Assembly (NCBI GenBank): GCA_036867785.1
Contig: CP145412.1
Span: forward strand, 434,001 to 498,000
Source of the DNA: Plasmodiophora brassicae
Taxonomy: Eukaryota
Direction: 5' to 3'
Length of the DNA stretch: 64,000 nt
Translations under genes and position numbers: made by a program
Notes under the pieces: generated by a model
The model's input: only the letters and a program-made list of their open reading frames with translations
Told to the model about the DNA's origin: nothing
Database searches by the model: none
Shown here: positions 51,749 through 62,143 of the stretch, piece after piece
How the letters are laid out: each line of letters begins with the position of its first letter
Numbering within the stretch: the first letter of the stretch is position 1

Positions 51749-53221
51749 TCAGCGCGGTGCCACCATTGGGGAGCGGCTCGCGCGCTTGCCGCGGTCGCGC
51801 GGCCGGAACTCCTGAATGTGACAAAGGGAGATTCCTGAGCGGCTGACGCTAGTGAGGGTCCAGAAGACGGTCCAGCCGGTCGGCTCCCACAGCCATATTG
51901 TTGCACCTATGGGTAGAATACAAATCGTGAATATCATGCAGAGGGCGCACCGGGTCGTCCATCGTGATATACGGGCGACAAAGGCCAGCATATCCGGGTC
52001 GACGCCGCCGACGACGCGGCTTGCGTCCTTGCGGAACAACCTGGCCTGCTGGAAGAAGTACACGGCAATGATGGCGTATACAACCATCAGTATCAACGTA
52101 TACGCTTCCAGAAAGAACTGTGCTGCGATTCGATACCCGATCACGATCCCTAGGACGGTGTCTGCCACGGCCGGCAGGGCAACCAGCGTCCACATCATTG
52201 TACTCAAAAGTCGCTGATGTCGGCCTGCGAATCTTTCAAGCGGCGAAGGAGGTTTGCCGCACGCGAACAGCTTGTCGCGGCACCTGCCCCAGAAAATGGC
52301 AGACAGAAGTGTGCAGGAGCAACTGACCCCAGACAGCTGCGATTGAAGCACACATAATGCCAGGTAGTCGAAGTTGAGGGCCGCGCCGAAATCCGACGCC
52401 GAATTAACGCACAGCACCATCGTTGCCGCCGATTCAACCAAGAGCGCCGTCTGTGGGATGCTCCAGCGCAGCACGACCCGGCCTAACGGGCCGCACAGAG
52501 ATCGTGAACGATTACGCATTGTAACCGGCGTGGCGTGGTCAGGTTCGCTGATGGCAAAGCAGATGTGACGGTACAGGTAGAAGACAGCCAGGACGGAGCA
52601 GGTGCCGTAGTATATAGCGGGAAGGACTTGAACGAACACGATGTACCACCAGGACGCGATCACGTCCAACCAGACATTGTAATCCGGGGTCACCTCGATA
52701 ACAACCGAGGCAGCATTCGAATCCGATACGGTGCGTGTGAGGACGTTGGCCATGTCGCTGTCCAAATGGAAACGCACGAACAGCATGCCCCCCGGGTGCC
52801 GCCTCCTCCCGTAGACGTCGTCCATCAGTATACCGCCGTAGGTCGGAACAGGTGAGGCATCGATCGTCGCGACGACCGTGGCGTTAGTGGCTCTGAACAT
52901 GTCGTACATTAAACTGGGCGAGCAGACCCCATTCGGGTTGCCGAGAAGCACGGCGCGACCATTCATCAGGGATGCTTGTCGGGCAATGGCGCCTGCATCG
53001 CACGGGTCGTCGTTGAACCAGACGAGCTGGGACCGCGTGCGCCCCAACCCAGCGTCGTCATACTGTGGGCCAATATACATGTCCCAGGTCGGGCAATAGG
53101 TTGGGGGCAACGCGACCAGTTGCGGCGGGCCCTCCACGAAGACCAGCTTCCCTCGGCAACGTGACGTCACCCAGGCCAACAATAAGAGAACCCATTGGCA
53201 CCATAGCCGGACCGTCGTCAT
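51749..53221 (-). CDS. Signal peptide + PA-like ectodomain + about 7 TM receptor-like protein; intronless
   Basis: Signal peptide, Cys-containing ectodomain (DDPCD...GRAVLL...CSP), then about seven hydrophobic helices. GPCR-like topology is inferred. Confidence 0.7.
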   Translation of the reverse strand: MTTVRLWCQWVLLLLAWVTSRCRGKLVFVEGPPQLVALPPTYCPTWDMYIGPQYDDAGLGRTRSQLVWFNDDPCDAGAIARQASLMNGRAVLLGNPNGVCSPSLMYDMFRATNATVVATIDASPVPTYGGILMDDVYGRRRHPGGMLFVRFHLDSDMANVLTRTVSDSNAASVVIEVTPDYNVWLDVIASWWYIVFVQVLPAIYYGTCSVLAVFYLYRHICFAISEPDHATPVTMRNRSRSLCGPLGRVVLRWSIPQTALLVESAATMVLCVNSASDFGAALNFDYLALCVLQSQLSGVSCSCTLLSAIFWGRCRDKLFACGKPPSPLERFAGRHQRLLSTMMWTLVALPAVADTVLGIVIGYRIAAQFFLEAYTLILMVVYAIIAVYFFQQARLFRKDASRVVGGVDPDMLAFVARISRWTTRCALCMIFTICILPIGATIWLWEPTGWTVFWTLTSVSRSGISLCHIQEFRPRDRGKRASRSPMVAPR

Positions 53222-53387
53222 GGTCGGGCGACCCGAGATTCCTTAGTACGACCGACAGTACCACTGTCCTGGTACGCCTTATGGACGGGATGCGAGTGCA
53301 GCTCCCGGAATGCGCCATACAGCACGGCACCGGTACCTGTCAGTGCTGCAGATATAGTGCAGGCCCAGGTGCAGTTTCGCCGTGTTA

Positions 53388-54041
53388 TCAGACACGTGCT
53401 GGTCGGCCCGCGTTCCCAGTATTATTGGCCCCTGTGGTCTGACGCGGCGCCGGCCGCACCGGCGTGTCGGTGCTGGCCATTGGCCTGACCTTGCTTCTCG
53501 GTCGGAACTCTTGGACATGGCAGAACGAGATGCCAGCGCATTCCACGTTGCCAAGTGTCCAGAACACTGTCCAGCCTGTCCGCACCTAGAGCCATATCGT
53601 CGCACCGATAGGCAGGCGAACGTTGATTGTGAGGCACATGAATCCAGCGCCGCGCATCGTCCACCGCAATATGCGAACGACAAAGGCAACAAAATTCGGG
53701 TCGAAACCCTAGGCCGCCTCGCCGATTACTTTGCGAAACGACATGGCCTGCTGGAAGACGTATATGGCGATCACGACGTATATGATCATAAGTATGAGCA
53801 TTTACACCTCCAGGAAGAACAGCTGCGCGACTCGCTCGCCAACAAGCACGCTTAACGTTGTGTCCGTTATAACGTGCAGTACGGCAGTCGTCCATAGCAT
53901 CGCGTTCCACAACCCCTTGTGCTGGTGCGTTACCAGCTGAGCCAGACCCTTCACGAACGTTAGCGTGCCCCGGCAACCGGAAGACCCACATCCCGCTGCG
54001 AGGACAAGGCAAGGCAGCCGTCCACATCGGGTCATTCGCAT
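53388..54041 (-). pseudogene. Internally deleted, disrupted paralog of the adjacent 7TM gene
   Basis: CRGTLTFVKGLAQLV matches CRGKLVFVEGPPQLV; HKGLWNAMLWT..DTTLSVLVGERVAQLFFLEV* matches HQRLLSTMMWT..DTVLGIVIGYRIAAQFFLEAY; TGWTVFWTL...GISFCHVQEFRPR matches TGWTVFWTL...GISLCHIQEFRPR. Contains an in-frame stop and a large deletion. Confidence 0.85.
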
Positions 54042-54279
54042 GCTTAAACGGTCTGTTCGCTGATCCGATAGAGCACTTCTCAGGGGAGTTCCCATTGTTT
54101 GTCTGATTTGACGACAGGCAACGAAAATAGGCCCACGCGCTATTTCCGGCTGGCCACCCGTCGCTGTCGGCGACTCGGCGTCAGTGCCAGCTTGCGGCTG
54201 ACCGCTGCGGAAAACGGGCCCCCAAATTCATACGGCGATATTACTTGCGTGAAGGGCTGCTGCATTGCATTGGGGGATC

Positions 54280-55008
54280 ATGTCGCGCACGTTGCCGCCG
54301 CTGCCGTACGCCATGGACGCGCTGGAGCCGCACATCTCGGCCGAGACGCTCGATTTCCACTACAACAAGCACCATGCGTCGTACCTGAACAAGCTGAACA
54401 CGCTGACCAAGGGCGGGGAGCACGAGGACGTCTCCGTTGGCGACCTCGTTCGCAAGGGGCAGAAGACGCTGCCGGCTTCGATCTACAACAACGCCGCGCA
54501 GGTCTGGAACCACACGTTCTACTGGATGTCGCTGGCGCCGACGTCGACACCGACGGAGCCGTCGTCTCGCCTGATGTCGATGATCGACAACAGCTTCGGG
54601 TCGATGGACGACTTCCAGCGCAAGTTCTCTGAGATTGCTGCCGGGCACTTCGGGTCCGGTTGGGCATGGCTCGTCCAGAATTCCGATGGGATGCTCGAGA
54701 TCAAGGATACACATGACGCTGTCTCCATCTGGTCCGGTATGTTCTGCTGCCCGTGTCGACACTACTGCAAGTGATGTGGATAATATTTTCTCCAGATTCG
54801 ATGCTGACCCCGGTGTTGGCCTGCGATGTCTGGGAGCATGCCTACTACATCGACTACCGCAACGACCGCGCCAAGTACATTGACTGTAAGGATTGATCAT
54901 CCATCTGGGTCTAAGACGCGTTGCCCTAACGATCTCTTTGAAACAGCGTGGTGGAAGCTGGTCAACTGGAAATTTGCGGAGGAGAATATCAAGTTCCCGA
55001 AGATGTGA
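54280..55008 (+). CDS. sodB: Fe/Mn superoxide dismutase, Fe-type signature, 3 exons
   Basis: [35 protein letters not shown] (the AAQ is Fe-type), [21 protein letters not shown]. Confidence 0.95.
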
Positions 55009-55228
55009 AGATCGGCACGGGACCATTCATCAGCGATAATGATTGCATACATCGACTTTTTTAGTTCTGGTTCGACGTCCATTGCGTACATACCGATAAT
55101 AGGGAAAGGCGTCGCTTGGAAGTGTCTGTCTGCTTATGTTGTCTCCAAATGAAACCGGCGCTGGGTCGACACGTTACGAATCCACAGTAGCACGCCGTGA
55201 TGCATTGTCGTTCAGTGCTCGACGCGTT

Positions 55229-55514
55229 TTATTTCTTACGGTCGGCATCAGGCTTACTATTCTCCTCGATCCAAACATCGAGCCGCGCCTTGATCAGGTC
55301 GAACGTGCGGCGCACATTGGGGATGGAATCAAACCTGTAAGCCGCCCAGCTTCAGACCAGCGCAACCCGTATCGGTGTCGCATGCCACCCTACGTCTGTT
55401 CAAGGTAGATCCCGGTCACGACTATGAACCCACCGAGCACGGTCAGATGTATATACAGCCATGAGAGCGTCCACCGTCCCTACCTCCAGCACAGAACACG
55501 AATATGCGCCCCAT
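55229..55514 (-). CDS. STMP1: 54-aa STMP1/DUF4535-like short transmembrane mitochondrial protein (exons 55514-55484, 55421-55394, 55334-55229)
   Basis: Two GT-AG introns (62 and 59 nt) give MGRIFVFCAGVVTGIYLEQTFDSIPNVRRTFDLIKARLDVWIEENSKPDADRKK*. The GxxxGxYxxQ...PN pattern is that of STMP1. Confidence 0.8.
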
Positions 55515-56026
55515 TCAGCTGCGCCGTGATCCGTCAGCACCAGCCTGCCAACGGCGACGCTGGGAGATCAGGCGTTGTGCGGCGGACATGTGTGACGCGA
55601 AGCGCATCGCAATTCGCAGGCGCGCACCATTCGTCCACGCCGCGTCCGATCCCCTCAAATGCAGCTCCGCCGCCTACATTTCGTGTTGCCAGCACGCGCT
55701 GGTGGTCCTCATGAATTTCGACGAGTCGTGCACGCGCTAACCTGACGCCATTCATGAAGAATGGTGTTTGTCGGCGCCGTTCAACGTTCCAAGGGTTTTG
55801 GACCTCATCGTCTCCATTCATTGAAGAGGTCTAGCACATCATACTGCGGATACCGGAGAATGTACTGTTGCCATGAAAGCGACTGGGTTCCGTACGTGCA
55901 GTGCTTGACGACATCATTCTTGGTCGTGTATTATTAGGGCGCCCCGCCATATATGTGCGCGGCGATTGCCGTCACGGAGTCCGCAGCGTACGCAGGGGCT
56001 GGCCGTGAACTCGGAATTGCATCGCC

Positions 56027-56989
56027 ATGGGTTTCGTCAAGGTTGTCAAGAGCAAGGCGTACTACAAGCGGTTCCAGGTCAAGTACCGCCGCCGTCGCGA
56101 GGCGAAGACCGACTACTACGCGCGTCAGCGTCTTGTCACGCAGGACAAGAACAAGTACTCGACGCCCAAGTACCGATTCGTTGTCCGCATCACCAACCGC
56201 GATGTTATCTGCCAGATCTTCGCTGCCGACCTCACCCACGACAAGTGCCTGATGAGCGCTTACTCCCACGAACTGTCGCGGTATGGTCTCCCGGTTAAGG
56301 GCAACACGAACTACGCGACCGCCTACGCCACTGGCCTTCTGCTGGCCCGTCGTGTCAACCAGAAGTACGGCCTGAACTACGAAGGTGTCGTCGAGGCCAC
56401 CGGTGAACCCTTCACGGTTGAGCCTCACGATGATGATGAGGGCGCCAAGAAGCCGTTCAAGGCGCTGCTGGACGTCGGTCTGGCGCGAACCACAACCGGT
56501 GCGCGTATCTTCGGCGCTCTGAAGGGCGCCGTCGACGGCGGCCTGAACATTCCTCACTCCGAGAAGCGCTTCCCCGGCTCCAGCAAGGGCGAGGAAGGCT
56601 GGGAGTACGACCCGGAGCTCCACAAGAAGCTGATCTTCGGTAGCCACGTCGCCGAGTACATGAAGCTTCTCGAGGAGGGCGACGACGCCGAAGCCTACCA
56701 GAAGCAGTTCTCCGCGTTCATCAAGGCCGGCGTGAAGGCGGGCACCATCGAGTCGATGTACAAGAAGATGCACGCCGCCATCCGCAAGGACCCGTTCGTC
56801 AAGCGTGGCGCGCTCGAGCTCGGCAAGTACAAGACGCGGAAGGCAGCGAAGAAGGCTGCGCCGGCGGACCAGAAGACGAAGTCGTACAAGAAGATCCGCA
56901 TGTCGGCGAAGGAGCGCCACAACCGCGTCTGCCAGGTTCTCGAGAAGAAGGGTGTCGAGAAGACCGTAATCCCGATGAGCCACGTCTAG
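56027..56989 (+). CDS. RPL5: 60S ribosomal protein L5 (uL18), intronless
   Basis: [55 protein letters not shown]. Confidence 0.99.
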   Translation: MGFVKVVKSKAYYKRFQVKYRRRREAKTDYYARQRLVTQDKNKYSTPKYRFVVRITNRDVICQIFAADLTHDKCLMSAYSHELSRYGLPVKGNTNYATAYATGLLLARRVNQKYGLNYEGVVEATGEPFTVEPHDDDEGAKKPFKALLDVGLARTTTGARIFGALKGAVDGGLNIPHSEKRFPGSSKGEEGWEYDPELHKKLIFGSHVAEYMKLLEEGDDAEAYQKQFSAFIKAGVKAGTIESMYKKMHAAIRKDPFVKRGALELGKYKTRKAAKKAAPADQKTKSYKKIRMSAKERHNRVCQVLEKKGVEKTVIPMSHV

Positions 56990-57086
56990 CCTGCGCGCTT
57001 CTAAATTCCGCTGTTTCTTGCACACCCAACTCCTTCGCGCTACATAGATCGATCCATAGACTGTAGTACTCTTCATTAAATCGGCC

Positions 57087-59599
57087 ATGGCCGACCTGGA
57101 GATTGTCGTCAGGCTGCGCAAGCAGGCGCATTTCACGTTGAAGAAACTGTCCAAAGTCCTGCATCGCACTGGCCCTGCCCGAGCAGGATGATACTGACGA
57201 GGTCGGCGTGGGGCAGGTGTTCCTGAGCTCGACGATCGATGAGGTGCCGCAGTCGCAGATCATCGGCATGCTGGAGCGGGCCAGCGACCTGATGCAGTCC
57301 GGGCACCTGGACATCAACGCCAGCATCAGCCCGGGCACCGGCAGCACGCTGCTGCACATGGCCGTGTTTCATTCGAAACCCGACGTCGTCGCCTGGCTGC
57401 TCGACCACGGCGCCAACGTCAACGCTGTCACCATCCAAGGCAACACTCCCGTAGGTCGCGACGCCCGCCCGGAAGCTATGTCATACGACGGTTCGTCACC
57501 AGTGTTGTTGCGCGTGCTTAGGTGCATTTTGGATGCGAACGCATCGACAAGGAGTTCGGCAAAGAGATCGTCAGGTACTGAGCGCGTTCCCTATTGGGAG
57601 GACACCGTGATGCTGACCTACTGGCAGCCTGCTGATGCGACGCGGGGCAGACGTTCACCAGGCGAACATGGAGATGCAGACGCCGCTGGACCGGGCGACA
57701 GCGTTGAATCATCGCAACTTTGTGGAATCGTTGCTGGTGGCGCAGTCGGCGCCATCACCGGCACCATTGGCGCAACCGGAAACGAACCCGCCAGTGGTCG
57801 TTGTGACGGCGCCGCCATCGGAAACGGGACCTCGCGACCCGGCCAAGGTCGAGGCGGCCAAAGCCGTGCTGGCTCAGCTGCACGCGTTGTTCGTCGAGGG
57901 TAACCCGTCGGCGACAGACGAAGCCACGCTGGCCGCATTGCTAGACGCCAGTCGGGTCCTGATCACGCAGCGATACCTGGACCTGGACGCCACGTTCGGC
58001 GACAATGACATGACCATGCTGCACGTTGCCAGCAAGCAGGGCAACAGTTCAGCGGTTGCAATGTTGCTTTCGGCTGGAGCGAACCCCAATGCTGTCAACC
58101 TGAAAGGGAACACCGCGTTGCACTTTGCGGCCATGAACAGCGATGGCGGGCGGGCCAGTCGCGATCTGATGACCGCCCTGGTGGTCGCTGGTGCCGACCA
58201 GTCCATCAGGTACGAAGAGCGCCATTTGTCCTGCCGTCTTACGCATCGATACTCCAGGAACTATCTCGAGGGAAAGACAGCTGCTGAGAACGCGGCGTCG
58301 GACGACGTGCGCAAGTTCCTGTCGGAGGTGGCCGTCGCAGGACCGCCGTCGGTCGGTATCATCAGCGACCTGAAAGCCAGTCAAGACCAGACCCTGCGGC
58401 ACAAACTCGAGCAGGCTCTCAAGACGGACACCGCCGTCGGATCGTTGGCCACCGAGGAGCTGGACGCGCTTACCAAACAGTCGACCGCCACGCACAGTGC
58501 CGTTGCTGACGAGCGGAAAAGGTACAACGTCCTGGACCTCGTTTGGTGGGCATTCGCTGACGAACAGCGCCCTTTTAGATCGAACTCGTCGTTCCTGAGT
58601 AAACTGCAGAAAGGGAGGCAGGCGGCGACGGCGCCTCGCACGAAACTGGATCCGTCGATCGCCGCGCTGATCGGATCACTGCATGAGATGACCGCTGCAG
58701 AAGATGCGCGACTGGGCCGCGTGCAGGCCACGCAGCAGCAGGCGCAGTCGTCCGCTGCCGACTACCTCCTGGCTCGCCTGACTGCCCAAACGCAGATGCC
58801 GCGCGTCGAGATCGGCGACGAACTCAACGCGCTCACCGTCAACGCTGCTGCTGTGGACACGGCTCGGGCACACTCTCGGGCGCGCTCCACCGAGAACTTC
58901 ATGCTGAAATTGCAACGCGGCAAAGGGTTCGCGGACGTCGCCTCGCAGGTGAACGCCCTGGAATCGGCAGAGCGATCCAGGCAGCAGGCTGTGAAAGCCG
59001 GGCGTGACCGTGCCGACGACGATCTGGCGAAGAAGCTGGCGGAAATGAGGACGAAGAGGCAGGCGAACGACGGCGAGTCTGGGGGACCGGCCCGACTGGG
59101 CGCGTCCAGGGTACGCCCGGCCATAACGCCGGAGATATCGCGCGACCTGAACGCAACGTTCCATTTCCTGGATCGGCAAGGTCGAGGCGCTCTTCCAGTC
59201 GAGGTCGTCCACGAGTTCCACCAACGGCTGCACCTGTGCTGTGACCTACCGTTACACGTGGCGCGCGACGCCCTGAAGGACACTGGCGCCATCACGACCG
59301 CCAACTTCCAGACCGTCCTGACCCGACTGCATGAGCGATGCCAGCGCGACCAAGCGTTCCACTGGGACTTCCGCCTACTAGACACGGATCGCGACGGCGG
59401 TCTGTCGCTGTCAGAAGCGCGCACGCTGCTGATGTCGTCGCCGTCGACCACGCTGGCCGGGCGCGCCGGCGCCAGCACGACCTCCATCAAGGCGTCGACG
59501 GCAACCCTGCACTCGTTCCTGGTGAAACGCCCAGACCCGACATCCAGCAGCACGTGGGCATCGCGAACGGATCTCTACGCCACCATCGTCCTCAAGTAG
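57087..59599 (+). CDS. Ankyrin-repeat protein with coiled-coil middle and C-terminal EF-hands (multi-exon; may extend further 3')
   Basis: TLLHMAVFH..WLLDHGANVNA, MLHVASKQG..LLSAGANPNA..GNTALHFA; EF-like FHFLDRQGRG and FRLLDTDRDGGLSLSE. Confidence 0.8.
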
Positions 59600-60474
59600 G
59601 GTGCAGCCTCGAATAATATTGCGCAGCCTTAACCGCCATTCGGCATCGTGCCCAGTGCGAACGCCCGTGCCGTACCGTGAACGGTGAACCGTGAACCGTA
59701 CCAAAGCGATCGGCACAGATCTGTGACGCGCGCGTGTCGCGGAGCGCTCGACAGACGTTGTGTGCGAAGCGAGCGGCGACGTTGACGCCGTTCGCGTCAG
59801 GTGCGAAACGCGACCGCCATCATCATCGTTAGGGTCGCCATCCGACAGTCGATGCGCTCTGGAATCGCACGGTTCCTGTTCTTCATCAAGGGCGCTCTTT
59901 CCTGACATCGCCTACATGGTGCGCCTGTCATCGTTCGCTGTGTACTCGAAAGTGTCCCGTGAGTTTCAGAAAAGGCATAGCCCGCCGCCATCCCCTGCCG
60001 CCGATCGCCCGATGATGATGACGACGGCGACGACGCGTCCCGAGATAATCGTTGTCGCTGTCGACCCGAAAGCCCCGTCGCCGATGCCCACCCAGGTCAG
60101 TGGCCTGTCTGCCGTCCATGCTGTCTAGAACGACGGCAGCAGGGCCATCTCGACGCGTACCTTCTATTATGACTACCCGTAAATCGTTTGTGTAAGACGG
60201 ACCAGAATCGGCTATCTTCTAACCTGCCGTTGATAATTGCTCACGACCCGCTGCTCGACTGAACAATCAGTTCTTGATATATTACCTTGTTGTGTATTCT
60301 GCATGCGACCGCCTGCCCGGGGTATAGGTGGTGGAATGCGATGAATGGCCGACAACAGCTGCCGCATTACGCCACGCGCCCAGGTGCGTGCATGACAAGG
60401 TGTTGGTCGTTGAATCATGCACTGTTGGACAGCGCAAACCAATCCACGACAGGTAAGTGAACCACCTACGAAGG

Positions 60475-61461
60475 ATGATCAACGCGCGATTCGTCACCAG
60501 CGTCATCACGCTGATGCTTGCCACGACAGCAACAGCGTTCGATGGGGCCCGCGCGTTCTCGTCGTGTGGCCCAGACAGACTGCTCGTTGCTCTGACGTTC
60601 GACGACGGCCCATTTACGAGTAAAGGCGGGACGGATCGTATCCTGCAACAACTTCAAGACCTGGGCATTCCGGCAACATTCTTCATTACCCCTGCCGCCA
60701 TGGGCGACGACGATCTTGAGCTGGGCAAACGCTGCGAGCTGATCAGGAGGCAGGTCGCCGCAGAACACTCGGTCCAGATGCACAGCTGGGAGCATAAGAT
60801 GGTCACGCCGGACACGCCGAACGATGCCATCCTGGAGGACATTGCACGTGTCGGCGGGTTCCTGCACAAGTGTGGAGCGAATCCGAGCCAGTATCGGCCC
60901 CCGTATGGCGTCCTCACTGACCACCAGGCCGACATCGTAGGGCAGGCCGGTTTGATCGTCGCCATGTGGAACGTGTCGCCAGATGACACGGAATCCGATT
61001 CGCTGACGTCGCAGCAGTTTCTGAACCGGGTCATGGATACGTTCAACAACGACGTCGGGCTGGGCAACAGCGCCATCGTCCTGCTGCACGACCAATTGTT
61101 CGCCCAAGACGACTTCGCCGATTTCCTGCCCATGGTCTACAGTCAGTTCACATCCATGGGGTACGAATTCGTCACCACCGACGAGTGCTACCGCCGTTGC
61201 GATAGCCCGATCTGCACGGGCGCGGGCGGCCCGCCCGGCGATCCCGGCGTCTTCGACCCGAAATTCTACAATGGCAGCACCACCACTGCCGCCGGCACCC
61301 GCCCGGTCAACGAGACGCCTGGCTTGTCCGCCCCGCCCCTGTTGCCGCCTTCGTCCGCCCTACCCATATCGCCGGCCTCGTCCGCCCAACCCCTACTGCC
61401 ACCCTACCTGACGTCCGTTGCCCTGATCGCACTCACCGTGTTGTTTATATATCCCCAATGA
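60475..61461 (+). CDS. Secreted, probably GPI-anchored chitin/polysaccharide deacetylase (CE4), intronless
   Basis: Signal peptide; motifs LTFDDGP, HSWEH, YRPPYG, WNVSPDD and IVLLHD; Ser/Pro linker and hydrophobic C-terminus. Confidence 0.92.
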   Translation: MINARFVTSVITLMLATTATAFDGARAFSSCGPDRLLVALTFDDGPFTSKGGTDRILQQLQDLGIPATFFITPAAMGDDDLELGKRCELIRRQVAAEHSVQMHSWEHKMVTPDTPNDAILEDIARVGGFLHKCGANPSQYRPPYGVLTDHQADIVGQAGLIVAMWNVSPDDTESDSLTSQQFLNRVMDTFNNDVGLGNSAIVLLHDQLFAQDDFADFLPMVYSQFTSMGYEFVTTDECYRRCDSPICTGAGGPPGDPGVFDPKFYNGSTTTAAGTRPVNETPGLSAPPLLPPSSALPISPASSAQPLLPPYLTSVALIALTVLFIYPQ

Positions 61462-61658
61462 GCTATACGCATTCAGCAGCAGCCGTGCAGCTGATCGGTG
61501 CTGCTGCATCGGATCGGGGCTTGCGTGTTGCAGTTGCACCCACTCGAGGGCTCTGTGTGTAGTTCGCAGTTCGTGTGTGACGGGAGTGGTACCCAGGAAT
61601 AGTCACAAAAGGATATTGTCCTGCTCGGCGCTAGCAGGGAGCAGCAACCTTGCCCCAG

Positions 61659-62134
61659 TGTTAACCATCTGCGGCTTACATAGGGGGGAAGCCGTAAACA
61701 GGAGTGCCAGGAGGTTCTATGCGGTCTACAGCGCATGGTGGCATTGGTGCGTGCGCATCCAGCGAAGCACAAAGCCCGCACAACATCACATCGACACGAT
61801 TATCAAAGAGGCACCGGTCTGGCCTCTTGCAATGCCGGACGCTGATCTCCCAGCACCAGACCAACAACTTCCGACATGACCTGTCATCTTATAGCCAGGT
61901 TGACTTGGGCGCCACAGTTCAAGTGATGATCTGTGTCTGTGCTAACGCCGCCGCTGCCCACTACGGGGGCGGTCGGTCGCAAGAGTCGGCGCCTGGTGAT
62001 ATAACGAACTGATGTATTTGGACAGGATCGTCACAGCAAGGGCCGCTGCGGGGTCGAGTACGGTCATGATCATGTGACCGGGTGGCAGCAGCATCTGAGC
62101 AGCATCATCTGAGTACTGGTACTCTGGATGAACA
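61659..62134 (-). repeat. Putative 3' LTR of the retrotransposon (distal boundary uncertain)
   Basis: On the minus strand the pol stop is followed by a purine tract (GGGGAG) and then TGTT starting at 62134. A complementary AACA terminus is possible at 61659-61662. Confidence 0.45.
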
Positions 62135-62143
62135 CTCCCCGTG

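Noticed and set aside
33974-55008. Cu/Zn-SOD, ZIP and Fe-SOD as a metal/redox gene cluster
   Set aside because: Separated by many unrelated housekeeping genes; co-occurrence is compatible with chance.
55934-57169. 411-aa ORF antisense to RPL5
   Set aside because: Antisense shadow caused by strong codon bias in a highly expressed gene.
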